From Balanoglossus misakiensis (taxonomy: Eukaryota; Animalia; Hemichordata): a stretch of DNA of 64,000 bases. The DNA is taken from assembly GCA_040954595.2 (NCBI GenBank), contig CM082579.2, positions 5,266,879-5,330,878 on the forward strand, in the 5' to 3' direction. The stretch's first letter is position 1, and each line of letters begins with the position of its first letter. The notes below the pieces were generated by a model that searched no databases, was not told the DNA's origin, and saw only the letters and a program-made list of their open reading frames with translations. The translations under genes were made by a program, and so were the position numbers. Positions 53,154 to 64,000 of the stretch are shown here, one piece after another.

Positions 53154-56100
53154 ATGGCCGGACTCAAGAATTGCCTGCAAGCGTTATGGTCTCTGCGTGA
53201 TTTGCTCATCCTCGTTCTCACGCCGATAGTGTTTTCTCCGCTGCTTGATGGAAGCTCGGTAAGTAACAACTTGTCTTCTGCCGGTCGATACTAATTGATT
53301 TTCCGGTCATTGCGCGATCTTGGGAAACTCGGTTAATTATCGTATTAGTGGGTTGCCAGCCAAGTAATACCATTTAAGCTTTGTATGAAGCTGGAATAGG
53401 TGCGGGTGTTAATAAACAGTGCCATTTTAGTGCCGTTTAACATGATGGGCTATGTGGTGCTTGTTCTGTAAACTTCTAAGCCTCGCCAGATCTCCCAGGA
53501 CTACCTAACCCCCCCCCCCCCCCGAGAAACTGTCTCCAGACCTATACTTGTATACGTAGAACTTTACACTGACGTTTATACGCGTTCTAACAATTTCAAC
53601 GTTATAGGAGGGCGGATGCGCTTATGTGCTGTTTCTTATCTCGGTTTTCTGGATGTTCGAAGTCATCCCAATGGGTATCACCGCAGTGATCCCTGTATTC
53701 CTGTTTCCAACATTGGGAGTGCTGAGCGCCGGTGATACCGCTGCTGCCTACATGAAGGATTCCATTTTCTTTGTGTTCGGGGCGTTCGCCCTAGCTCTGG
53801 CCATCGAAAAGTGGAATTTACACAAAAGAGTGGCTCTGTTGACTGTACTGTTCATTGGCACAACTACAGGAGCGTAAGTATGAGAGTAGTTTTAGGCTAA
53901 GGGTATATATGTGTGATGTGTTAGCTGATAACAAAATTCTTTCAGGCTACTTTGAAGTGATGTGAGGGGTGATTTGGTCCATGTTCCATCCGAAATGAAA
54001 CTTCTTTGCAAAGTGCGTTACGTCCCATGATTTTAAGGCCAATATGTTTTCGCAATATGTTTTCTCGGTAACGCAGTCGATGGCAACAACTGAATGTGTC
54101 TCATCGACCTCTTTTCTCACAGTATTCTTTTAGGATTGATGCTAATTTCCTTCTTCCTGTCAATGTGGATGATTAACACTGGCACGGCAGCACTGATGGT
54201 ACCCATAGCACTTGGCATTGCAGAAGAGATTGGGAATAGAAATTCCGAGGTATAATATCATCAACGCCTCTATCATTTGTTAGGAGTTTATATGGAGTTC
54301 ATGTCATTGTCAACGAGAATAGTACATGCCTATTTAATGTGCTATATATAGTTTGATTAACGCTGATATGACCTCTTGTCCGCACAAACAGGCAGACGTG
54401 TACAAGCTTACCAAAAAGTCAAGTGAGTGTGCTGTCGACAACGGAGGATGTGCAAATGAAGTACGTGACGTTGATGTGGCAGTTACCAAGTGAGTAAACT
54501 CGATTGAATCCTGTGTTGTTTTTAAAGGAAAGGATGGTTTATAAACTTGCTTATATCACATTTTCGTTTACAATAACTGGTTATTTTGCCTGGAGCAGAG
54601 ATGGCGGTCTCGAAGGTAGCAGCGTACAGTCCGCTTCAAGGGCGTGCATCCTGCCCAGCCGGTCAGGTGAAAAGACGAAGAAGGGCTTCTTGCTGGGTGT
54701 CGCATACTGTGCCCTGATGGGAGGATCGGCCACTTTGGTAGGAACGCCCCATGTTATTTACATGGCTGAATTCCTTGAAGAGTGAGTTTTCCAGACGTAC
54801 GATTTATGTAGAAGCTACAATCAACAGTCAGTGCTGGTAAATGGTGTGAGGGATTTAGGGATGCGATTTAGAATGCTATCTGTGTTGAGAATAAAACATT
54901 CTTACAACAGAGTCTACGCTGCCTCCATTTGGGCATTTGTGGACACATACGAATATTTACCTGGCCACTATAAGATGTCAGACTAAGGGGGCATCGAGAA
55001 CCTCAAGCGTAAAATTGTCGTCTGCGTCTTGCACTTATCTTGCAGGAGGTACGGATCCGAAGCCATGGACTTTGGTTCCTGGACTGCAGTCGCTCTGCCA
55101 TCTCAGTTCCTCTGCATCTTCATTGGATGGATATGGTTGCAGTGGTTGTTTCTTGATCTCAAGTAAGTGATATATTGACAGCTTTTTAAAAAAAAACTTT
55201 CAAAATGAAAAGAGAGTACGTACACGTATGCATGTAACGCATTGTCACAACTACAATTGCCTATACTATGTACGCTAAGCTTTTACTCTCAACAGGTTGG
55301 CTGATGTACGTGCTTACTTTAGTTGTGGAAAGAAAGATGAACAAGGGCAAGGCGGTACAGAAGATAATGGTGTAAAAGAGTATCTACGCGAGGAATTAAA
55401 AAGGCTTGGTCCAGTCAGGTAGTGTGAAAGAAATACAGTGGCTTATCAATTCTCTAAACCTCGCGATTTGAGATTGGTGGATGTTGTACGCTGCACCAGG
55501 CCGAAGGGCATACAATTACCCAGGCTATTGCTCTCGCCCCTGGATGTGCTGTCATCTGCACGTTCTTATCCATGTGTACATAATTATCCCTTTTACTAAC
55601 TTTCTGAACCGCGATCAATATCTTGCTGACAAGTGAGGGGAGATAAAAAAAAATGATATATCGCACTGGTGTTAACCTATCTGACACCAGATTACAACGC
55701 AAGGTTTGTTGTCGAGGAAGTTCTCCACAGCTCAAATGGCCTGGTCAGAAGTATCCATTCTTTTGCAGGTTTGCTGAAGGGACAGTGTTGGTCATGTTCA
55801 TCGTACTTGTTTTGCTGTGGTTCTTTGCCGACCCGAAAATGTTTCCTGGGTGGACATCGCTTGATGAAAGCGGGTGAGCCCTCCATCGGTATTTCATTTA
55901 AAACACGTGTCACGTACACCTCTGTCTGTATAAATCATTGTGAGGCCGGCCGAAAGACATAGAACCGCACAAACACATGGAGATCACGTGACTTAGTACA
56001 CATGTTGCAGGGAATCAAAGTACGCATGAATTATTACGTGTCACCACCGTAATGCACTGAGGTCTACAGGTTCCTTGTTACTACGCGTGCAATTGATTTT

Positions 56101-57799
56101 TTTCTTAATTTCTTGAAAGGTACATAAGCATCACCATCTCGTCCGTGTTCGCGACGACACTTTTTTTCATACTGCCGGCTGATCCAAAGAAGGCTTTCGC
56201 CAATTTCAGAGCAGGTTGGGAAATAATGATTATGTCACTTTCGTAATCCAATTTAACTTTGGTGCACTCAATCGAAAAACAAACAAACTATAAAAAAAAC
56301 TGTCTCCGAGAACATTTTCGAAAACAAGGCGTCCCAAGCCTTGTGCGTGGTACGAATGACGGGTTCAAATTCTGCACACTTCTACATTTGTGACTTATTT
56401 TCGTATAAGACCTTTGGGTGAACATGATCTGATAAAAGAAAATTATCCTCCGTGTAGTTAGATTTGACGTTGGCCACTGTTTTGCAGACCCAACAAAGAA
56501 ATTAGAATGGGAACGACTACTTGATCCGAAGTCGATGCAGACCAAGTATCCTTGGATGGTCGTGTTTTTGCTGGTGGGTTGCATGTATGCCGTTGGCGAA
56601 GCTTGCGAGGTATGGTATACGCCTTGCATTCCGTGAGAAGAGATTGACATGCGCTTTATTGCTTATAAAACATGATTTCGAAGATTGGTCTTGGTGGGTC
56701 AACTACGTTTACACGACCCAATGTCATTTGAAAAATCAATATCACAGCTGTGTGAAAACACTAAGCACAAGGATTTGTGAACCACTAAATGTCAATGAGA
56801 TGTGCCCTCCGCATCTATGACTATGTGAAAAATACATAAGCGGTCAGTTCATGACCAGAAAATGTACTTATGTATCCGTATTGGGCCATACTGTTACACA
56901 CTATAGTGTTAAAACAACGGTTGTTCCCTTTAATCAAGACCAAAGTGTTAGTTGGATTAACTGCCCCAGGCACGATGTTCTGGATTTTAATGGTAATAAC
57001 GCGTACCATCATCTGTTTTCCAGGAATCTGGATTGTCAATGGTAATCGCTCAGAAACTGAGTCAGTTATCACATATGGAACCGTCTATGGTAGTTTTCAT
57101 GATTAGTATAACTGTATCCGTTCTGTGTGAAGCTCTCGGCAACCCAAGTGTTGTCATCATCATGCTGCCCATTCTGTCAGACTTGGTAAGTGTAGCCACA
57201 GGCGCCTGAACGATGTCGAATTCTCAGTTGTAGAATTTGGTCATACATTGTACTAAATCTGACGGCTCGACATCATCAGGCACCCAGCTGGCAGTGTGGC
57301 CACACGCACACACTTACATCGAGACAATCTCTCTTTTAAAACAGAAGGCATTGGGGAACTTTGAAAAAATGATGAATTCCTTCATCGATCTATTTTTACA
57401 GGCAGAAGACATGGAAGTGAATCCGTTGTATTTTGTCATTCCTATGGTACTTTCAGCGTCGTTTGCATTCATGTTGCCGATATCGTCCGCGCCGAATATC
57501 GTTGCTTATTCTGCAGGCGTCCTCAAAGTTTCTGACATGGTAAGTGATCCAGATGCATGTTTTATCCATATGTTATCAAGATATTATTACAATATTGCGA
57601 AGGCTTTTTATAACAAAACGAAAACATTCTGGCGAAATCTTGTTTATATCTGTTCCAGGTGAAGTCAGGCTGTGTTATGAATTTGATCTGTATGGTTTTA
57701 GTCAATCTGACAACCCATACCCTGGTTGTTTGGGTATTTGACATCTACCATTACCCAGACTGGGCACCACTGGGCAACGTCACCACGCCATCGCGTTAG
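53154..57799 (+). CDS. SLC13: SLC13/DASS family transporter, paralog C, 593 aa
   Basis: 13 coding exons: 53154-53258, 53608-53873, 54123-54249, 54392-54489, 54599-54781, 55046-55162, 55296-55418, 55769-55873, 56120-56214, 56488-56609, 57024-57185, 57402-57539, 57659-57799. 1782 nt open frame. Confidence 0.93.
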
Positions 57800-60103
57800 A
57801 AAAAAGGAGGAATAATCGGGACGTACAGTTCATTTGTACAACGCATACCAGATGAGTGATATGTGTCGACCATGATTTTTTACAACCCCCTACTAAATGA
57901 CAACGTATATTCATCTTAATATTATAACTATAACCAGTTACATCGTTTTTATCACGTTTTGCAGGATTTATAACAATTTTGCTAGACCTTCTTTGTACAC
58001 AAAGGCAAATTAATTCAGCCTGGTGTGATCAGAGTAATAGGGCTTGCTCGAAATGGTTTCCACAGTAACCGGACAGTCATTATCAAAGTCAATCCCATTA
58101 TCAACTTTGACATGCGATGGTAAACAATTGAACGGCTGCGAAACAAACACGCCTTTGTGATTTGAAGGTGGACTTTTCATCGGGCTTTGACATTCTGGTG
58201 AGCATTGTTCGCCCGACCGTATATCATGCCCAAATGGGAGAGCTCGTATACAGAACATTAACAAAGGCAACACGCCATGTGAGAACACGTACACCACGGT
58301 AGCGCAGTGCGCAGAACCAATTCTGAAAACAACTCTCGGCCGTCCTTGCCCGAAGGTGACCTTCTCACCTTCCATGACGAACGGAGCACTCTCGCGACAG
58401 GGCAAGGGGGGTTATGATTTAACTGCGAGACTAGTATAAGGTTACATGTTATGATTGTGCTTTCCACATGTAAGTACCGCGATCATCCGTTTTAGCGCGA
58501 CATTAAATCCATGATCCACAGTAGAATATGTCAATATTACTATATGACTTGTATAAGAAACTTCTAATCGATGTACATGTACTTATATATCCCTCGTGAT
58601 GTTATACTTAATGTGCAATTCTATGCAATATAGTTACACTACTTGCATTGCTGTTTATACCTACATTTCTGATGAAATAAAGTTCAGTTCATGTCAGTTC
58701 TCAACTATGGTGTTTGATCTTGGAAGAAATCCGCATGTTTGATTAAGGACTTTTGTTTGATGCAAGTGATGCGTAGTGGCCAGAGGTCGACAACAGAGAA
58801 TGTTGGATATCCACTCAGAAACGAGGGTCACGCAACACGCTTTTTGCGTCCACTGTGTACGTCGTTCAAAATTCGATATATCACGCAAGCCTTGCAACGT
58901 GGAAAGTATGAGTCGAAGACATCTTACCAAATACATGTGTAATACTGTCTTTTTGGACAGAACACTCGAATGGGGATGGATGGCTAAGGATCAATAGGAG
59001 AGGGGGGGGGGGGGTACTGATCCAGTATTACGTAAAGACAACCAACCAACCAACCAACCAGTCAGTCAGTCATGCATGCATGCAGTCAGTAAGTCAGCCA
59101 GCCGGTCACAGATCAGATTGTGGTGTCAGCAAGATTTCAAGATACAGCGACCTCAATGACCCTCAATCGCAAGCGTATAGACAGTCATGTAAGCAGTCGG
59201 TCATTGCAGTTCTCTGTATCGATATATTACTCCGGCAATGGCATGTTTACATTTCAGGGAATACTCCTGAAATTGCACAGTCGCAGGCTGTGACTTTTCC
59301 GCTACAAACTTAATCAACAACACGTCAATGAAATGTTATAGATAGGTCCACATATATCATCCGTTTTGTTTAAGATTATAGGCGCTAAACAAATGAACAA
59401 CTCCAGTTATTTCAGTCTCTATTTCATCTGCTCTCTTTATGAAGTGTTCTTGGTTAAGTGTACCGGACACGAACATGTACTAGTATATGGACCATCCGAA
59501 ACCACAGGTCTATTGATGACCGGGTAGATTGTAGTCGTAAAGTGTCTGGAATATTTAATTGTCTGCACAAAGTTGAAATGAAAACGCGATTCTTGTTTCA
59601 GAATTGTACAAAAAGGCGTTACGACGTGGTTGAGGGCGTTGTTGTCTGTGTTGATCGAGACGCTGACATCGCATGGCGCACTTTAAAAGGTCATGTTCCC
59701 CTTGGGAGACCACCAAAGTTTACTTTGACTTTTGGTTCGCCATAATAAACGAAGTCATATGTTTCTTGAATCCATCTTTACTGACACTTTTAGCTCGTGT
59801 GCCCGCCACTTTATATTGGTATATAATGGCAATGGTATCCAGAATCCATGCATCACCATTATACCTTGATCTCAACGCTCTCCTGCCAAAATCAGAACAG
59901 TTTTGTGAACCTTGTCACATACCTGACTGTGGCACTATAAACACCATTTGAGGAGTTCTAGTATTCTGACACGGTGACACACAACATATCTGAGAACATT
60001 GAACATTGCTGATAAAATGCAGTGCGTTTAACTTTATGATGAGGATCTATGTACAATAAGATAAGAAAGGCTGTCTGGCTACAACTTTCGGTTGACGTCA
60101 TCT

Positions 60104-63100
60104 TCATCTCGCCGGTCCCCTGAGAAATAGATTTGGATAAAACCTAACGCCTTCCACCGATTCATCTCGGCAGGCTTTTCCTTTTTCTTCTGAGGCCAGG
60201 AGTCTGAAACGACAAGAAGTCATTGTCGATGACACAGTATACACATGATGACTGACAATGAGGGCAACAGTGTATTTTGATGACCAAGGGCACTGCTAGT
60301 CACAACTAAAACAGTCTTGTTTTCCCGAGGGCATAGCCCGAGGGAAAACGGACTGTTTTGGTGTGGCTGGCAGTCCCGAGGTCATTAAAAATACACTGTT
60401 GCCCGAATATGTCAGCCATCATGTGTTTTATAACACACCAAACCGATCGAACTGATGCCCAAGGCAACAGTTCGAAATGACTAAGGTCACGTGACGTCGT
60501 ATTGACGAATCACGATCGAGGGTTCGCTGCATGGTGTGTTATAATTCCCGTTGGATTGAGTTGGACACCGAGGAAAAATGGTGGGATGACACTGGAAAAG
60601 GCATGTGCACGGTTATAATGTACATACATTTCAGAAACAGCATGAAATTTAGTGGACGCTGGGACCACACTGTCTTTTACCCATTGCCACAAAGGTAAAA
60701 GGTGACCAAGTCTTCACTGGTTTCTTTAGTACAAAATTACCATGCTAAGAAATGGAACTGCACAATGGCCCAAAAGTTACACAAAGGTCTTTGGCATTCT
60801 GACCTACTTACCTTCCCTTAGCTAGTACCACTGATATCCCTACACTGTGAGAGAGTTCGTCAGCCGTCAGAGAGCCTTGAGCTGTTAGCTGTGGGGAGAA
60901 CACAGATCAAACAAGTTGGTTTTTACCGTCTCAAAATAACCACATGGGATAGTTAATTTTTTTAAAGTCCAGCAAAAGAACTGTGTAAAATACTTCCACA
61001 AACAGACCAAAACAACGCATTCTAAAACTTCAAACATGGCAAACAATGCTAACAGTCATACTTTGAGATGCATTGACTGATTTGACATTTTGCTTTATCT
61101 AACATACAGCATGACAGTTCCAATATTATTATGCACACAGCGAGCTAAATGCAATAAATCCTATACATTTGTACCACAATACCATGCATCCAAACACAAT
61201 AGTTAACAGTACTCACCAATTCAACGGTTTGATTGATAGCTTGCTCTTCAGCATGCGACACTAATTCGATGACCTTTACACCGCTGGCAAATATTCTTAG
61301 TCTGTAGCCCAAAAAAAGTTAATTAATCGACTGGGCTTTATTCCCCTCTCCGCCTTCCGACCCATACAAGCAGCGCCCTCTTTGGTGGTCAATTTTCATC
61401 CACCTCTTTTGTTTTTACATACAAATGCTGCCACTTTCTTTCAAATGTTTGTTTGCAGTGGTGTCAAGATCTGACAGGCGGTAAAAAAGACAGTTTCTCT
61501 CTGTTTAAAAAAAATTGAGCAGCACTTTCTTACCTCAGAGGAAGTTTCAGACTTTCAAACAATTTACATGCTTCAACAAGATCATCTGGTGACAGAAGCT
61601 GTGTGAGAAAGGAAGCAAAAATAAACTTGTGAAAAATGTCTGTGTTTGTCATTTGATGTGCATGTGAGAATACACATTAATCTACATTCACCATTCTACA
61701 TGTCCAAATAAAAACATCCATTTTGTGGGATATCATTAAAGATTGACAATGCATGGTGGGGCGGGGGAAGAAAAAATTTCAAAAATCCATTACTTTGTCG
61801 CACATACCTCCATCCCTCTTGCTCTGTTGACTCGGCAGTAGACGTCAGTTAGGGCCATCATACCACCGTTCTCCTAAAGCAAAGGTTATCAAATACTGCA
61901 TTAAAAACGTTTATTGGCATTTTAAAATGATGCACAATGTTCACTTTTCCTTACACTGAACAAGATGCGTTGGAAATGTTATATTTATTATCCTCACCTT
62001 GATTGGCGTCTCCAGCATGGTTGCCAACTGCTTGGCCAGCTCGATGTGGTACTTGGTGCCCGAGCCGTGCGTTTCCCTGGTAACTGGGTTGCTGATGCCG
62101 AGACTCAACAGGTATGCCTTGAATTTCACTGTCTGCAAGGGTTGACAAATATGAATGAACAAGATCTACACAGTGGTGTGACTGTAGTGGAAATTTATAC
62201 AACACAATTACTGGCACATATGCCATCAAATACACGATGAGAAATAAACACTTAAGAATGTTGATGATTGAAGAAAGCAGAGCTGATACCATGAAATGGA
62301 AAAATTCATTGAGTGGTTTTCCATAGCACATCGGGATTCAAAGTTCACTGACCTCATCTTCAGTGATATCCCCTTTCTTCTCTTTGATCTTTGTTGCAAT
62401 GTTTTTCGACAGATCAACCATGGTTTTTGCCTGAAAAATAGGATGACATTCAATGAAATCTGGCTGGGTTGGCAGGAATGGGGTCTGTAATATTTTTCTC
62501 TGCAAGCATGCATCCCTGTGGACGGAATTTTAAATAAGTACTTATTTACTTACTTGGTCCATCAATTTGCCAAGGTCTTGAAATGCCTATGTTCATGAGA
62601 CAGACAAAATTTGTTAAAGGTCAGATTGAAGAGTTGCTGTACCACAGTTCCTTACAATTACATAAACTTATGTAGGAAAGTCTCCTATTTATTAATTTAT
62701 TATTTTTATTTCGTTTCTGAATCAGTAAACTAGAAGCAAATGACATATTTTCCTGGTCACTACAAGAGAAGAAATACTTTTAATATTAAACAGCTAGAAC
62801 TTCTTTACATGGCTTTGTGAGGGATAACTGGCATCTTACCATGGATATATTTTGATCAGTTTCCTTCCTCTTCTCTTCCAGTTTCCTTTCGATTCCTACA
62901 ATTCCAGCTCGCACTTGCCTTGGCTGTAAAACAAAAAAACAATGGATTGTGTAATTCCATGCAATTTGATAAAATACTGCAGTATTGTAGAACCAATTTA
63001 TGTGAATTATAGAAAATGGAATAAATTCTACGTTTAATATTCAATATAATTACAATTTTGTCACTGTACAAATGTCGATCTCTGTCTGTGAATATGTTTA

Positions 63101-63830
63101 CAATGTAGTATGAAATACTCACTTGGCTAGCTCCTTTGGTAGGACTTTGACGTGTTGGTATGGCTTGGTGTTCCCATGTCCGTCTTTGAAGCTGATCTGA
63201 TAGACATCTATGAAACTGTCACAAGGACAATTATTTTTTTTTTAAATCACAGAAATTACACATTCTTCTTTCATTTACCCCTTCACTACCATGTTTCAGT
63301 CCAAACCCATTGTTTTCTATGGTAAAGTTGGACCTCTATAGAGGGAACTGGGGGTGGAAAGGGTTAAAGGCACTGAGAAAGTAACCTTACCTCTGTTTCA
63401 CCACCAGACTTGAATGATAATTTAATATATGTGTTGGGACTGTACATGACAGGACCTCCTTGTTTGTTGGGTGCGGCTGGGTGGAGGTAGAGTAACAGCT
63501 TCGGACTGAAGACAAACAAATGATATGGCACCAGTTACACCATGTTTCTCTGCACTGGTTCTTTACACTAAATTCAAAAGTTTGACTTCATGAGGCCATG
63601 ATCAACCACCAATGGGAACCATATGTGCATGTTTGAACAAGATGAATATTATAATATGGGCCTTTAGGGCAACTTGTTACAATCTTCATCAGGTCATAGA
63701 CCCTAGGGTCTATGATTAGGTACATAAATGTAAGTCAATGCAGTGGATTTTCAGCTCACCTTTTACCAAAGCCAGCAGACTGCTCTTCCACAAACACTAT
63801 TTGTGACAAATGCATGACAATGTTGTAATT
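60104..63830 (-). CDS. VPS36: Vacuolar protein sorting 36 (ESCRT-II subunit VPS36/EAP45); 5' exons lie beyond the right edge
   Basis: Exons: 63760-63830, 63391-63505, 63123-63215, 62840-62923, 62554-62586, 62353-62430, 61998-62132, 61808-61873, 61534-61598, 61217-61301, 60812-60888, 60104-60203. Translation includes [95 protein letters not shown] and [16 protein letters not shown], closely matching animal VPS36 as recalled. Confidence 0.95.
60241..60426. mobile_element. ~185-bp imperfect palindrome (foldback/MITE-like) in the last VPS36 intron
   Basis: Paired arms: acacatgatg.ctgaca / tgtcag.catcatgtgt; gggcaacagtgtatttt / aaaatacactgttgccc; aaaacagtc / gactgtttt. Centre is ttttcccgagggcatagcccgagggaaaa. 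Confidence 0.8.
63274..63367. mobile_element. Small MITE-like element with piggyBac-style ends, in a VPS36 intron
   Basis: tttaccccttcactacc...ggggtggaaagggttaa: short imperfect TIRs with CCC/GGG termini and a TTAA-type flank. Confidence 0.5.
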
Positions 63831-64000
63831 CTGAAAGAGACCACCGAATGGTCAATACAAATGTTCCTTATAGTGTTTGTGTTAACCTAAGTAAGAGTAG
63901 ACTGAAAAAGGCTAGGTTGGCTTAAAGTATAAATTGGAGGCGACAATCTCAAATAAATCACCGATGACAGTGATCTGTGGTAGTACTTACAGGTCTCACA

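Noticed and set aside
40133-57799. One or more SLC13 copies being pseudogenes
   Set aside because: All 13 coding exons in each copy have GT-AG boundaries and lengths that keep a continuous frame, and no internal stop was seen.
1-64000. Prokaryotic-type systems (operons, CRISPR arrays, defence islands)
   Set aside because: The window is spliceosomal-intron-rich animal DNA, and no regularly spaced direct repeats with unique spacers were seen.

Overview
Intron-rich animal genomic DNA, not prokaryotic. Composition and gene content look like a marine invertebrate deuterostome such as a hemichordate or echinoderm (inference only). Six spliced protein-coding genes can be reconstructed from GT-AG boundaries and frame continuity. 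(1) A partial minus-strand gene with a fibrinogen-related domain exon (1352-1644) that runs off the left edge. (2) A minus-strand type I membrane protein (18434-27497, probable first exon near 39318-39480) with the order signal peptide, WAP, Frizzled CRD, Ser/Thr/Pro mucin stalk, SEA-like domain, TM helix, proline-rich tail. (3-5) Three intact 13-coding-exon SLC13/DASS transporter paralogs: A (minus, 40133-45355), B (plus, 47589-52285) and C (plus, 53154-57799). (6) The 3' eleven exons of VPS36 (minus, 60104-63830). The rest is intronic or intergenic, with MITE-like inverted repeats and microsatellites. The most notable signals are the WAP+FZ+mucin+SEA receptor with a uORF-laden leader, remodelled substrate-site motifs and patchwork gene conversion in the SLC13 trio, and an intronic hairpin that pairs with a 5' splice site in two of the three SLC13 paralogs. 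All calls were made by eye, with no database searches.
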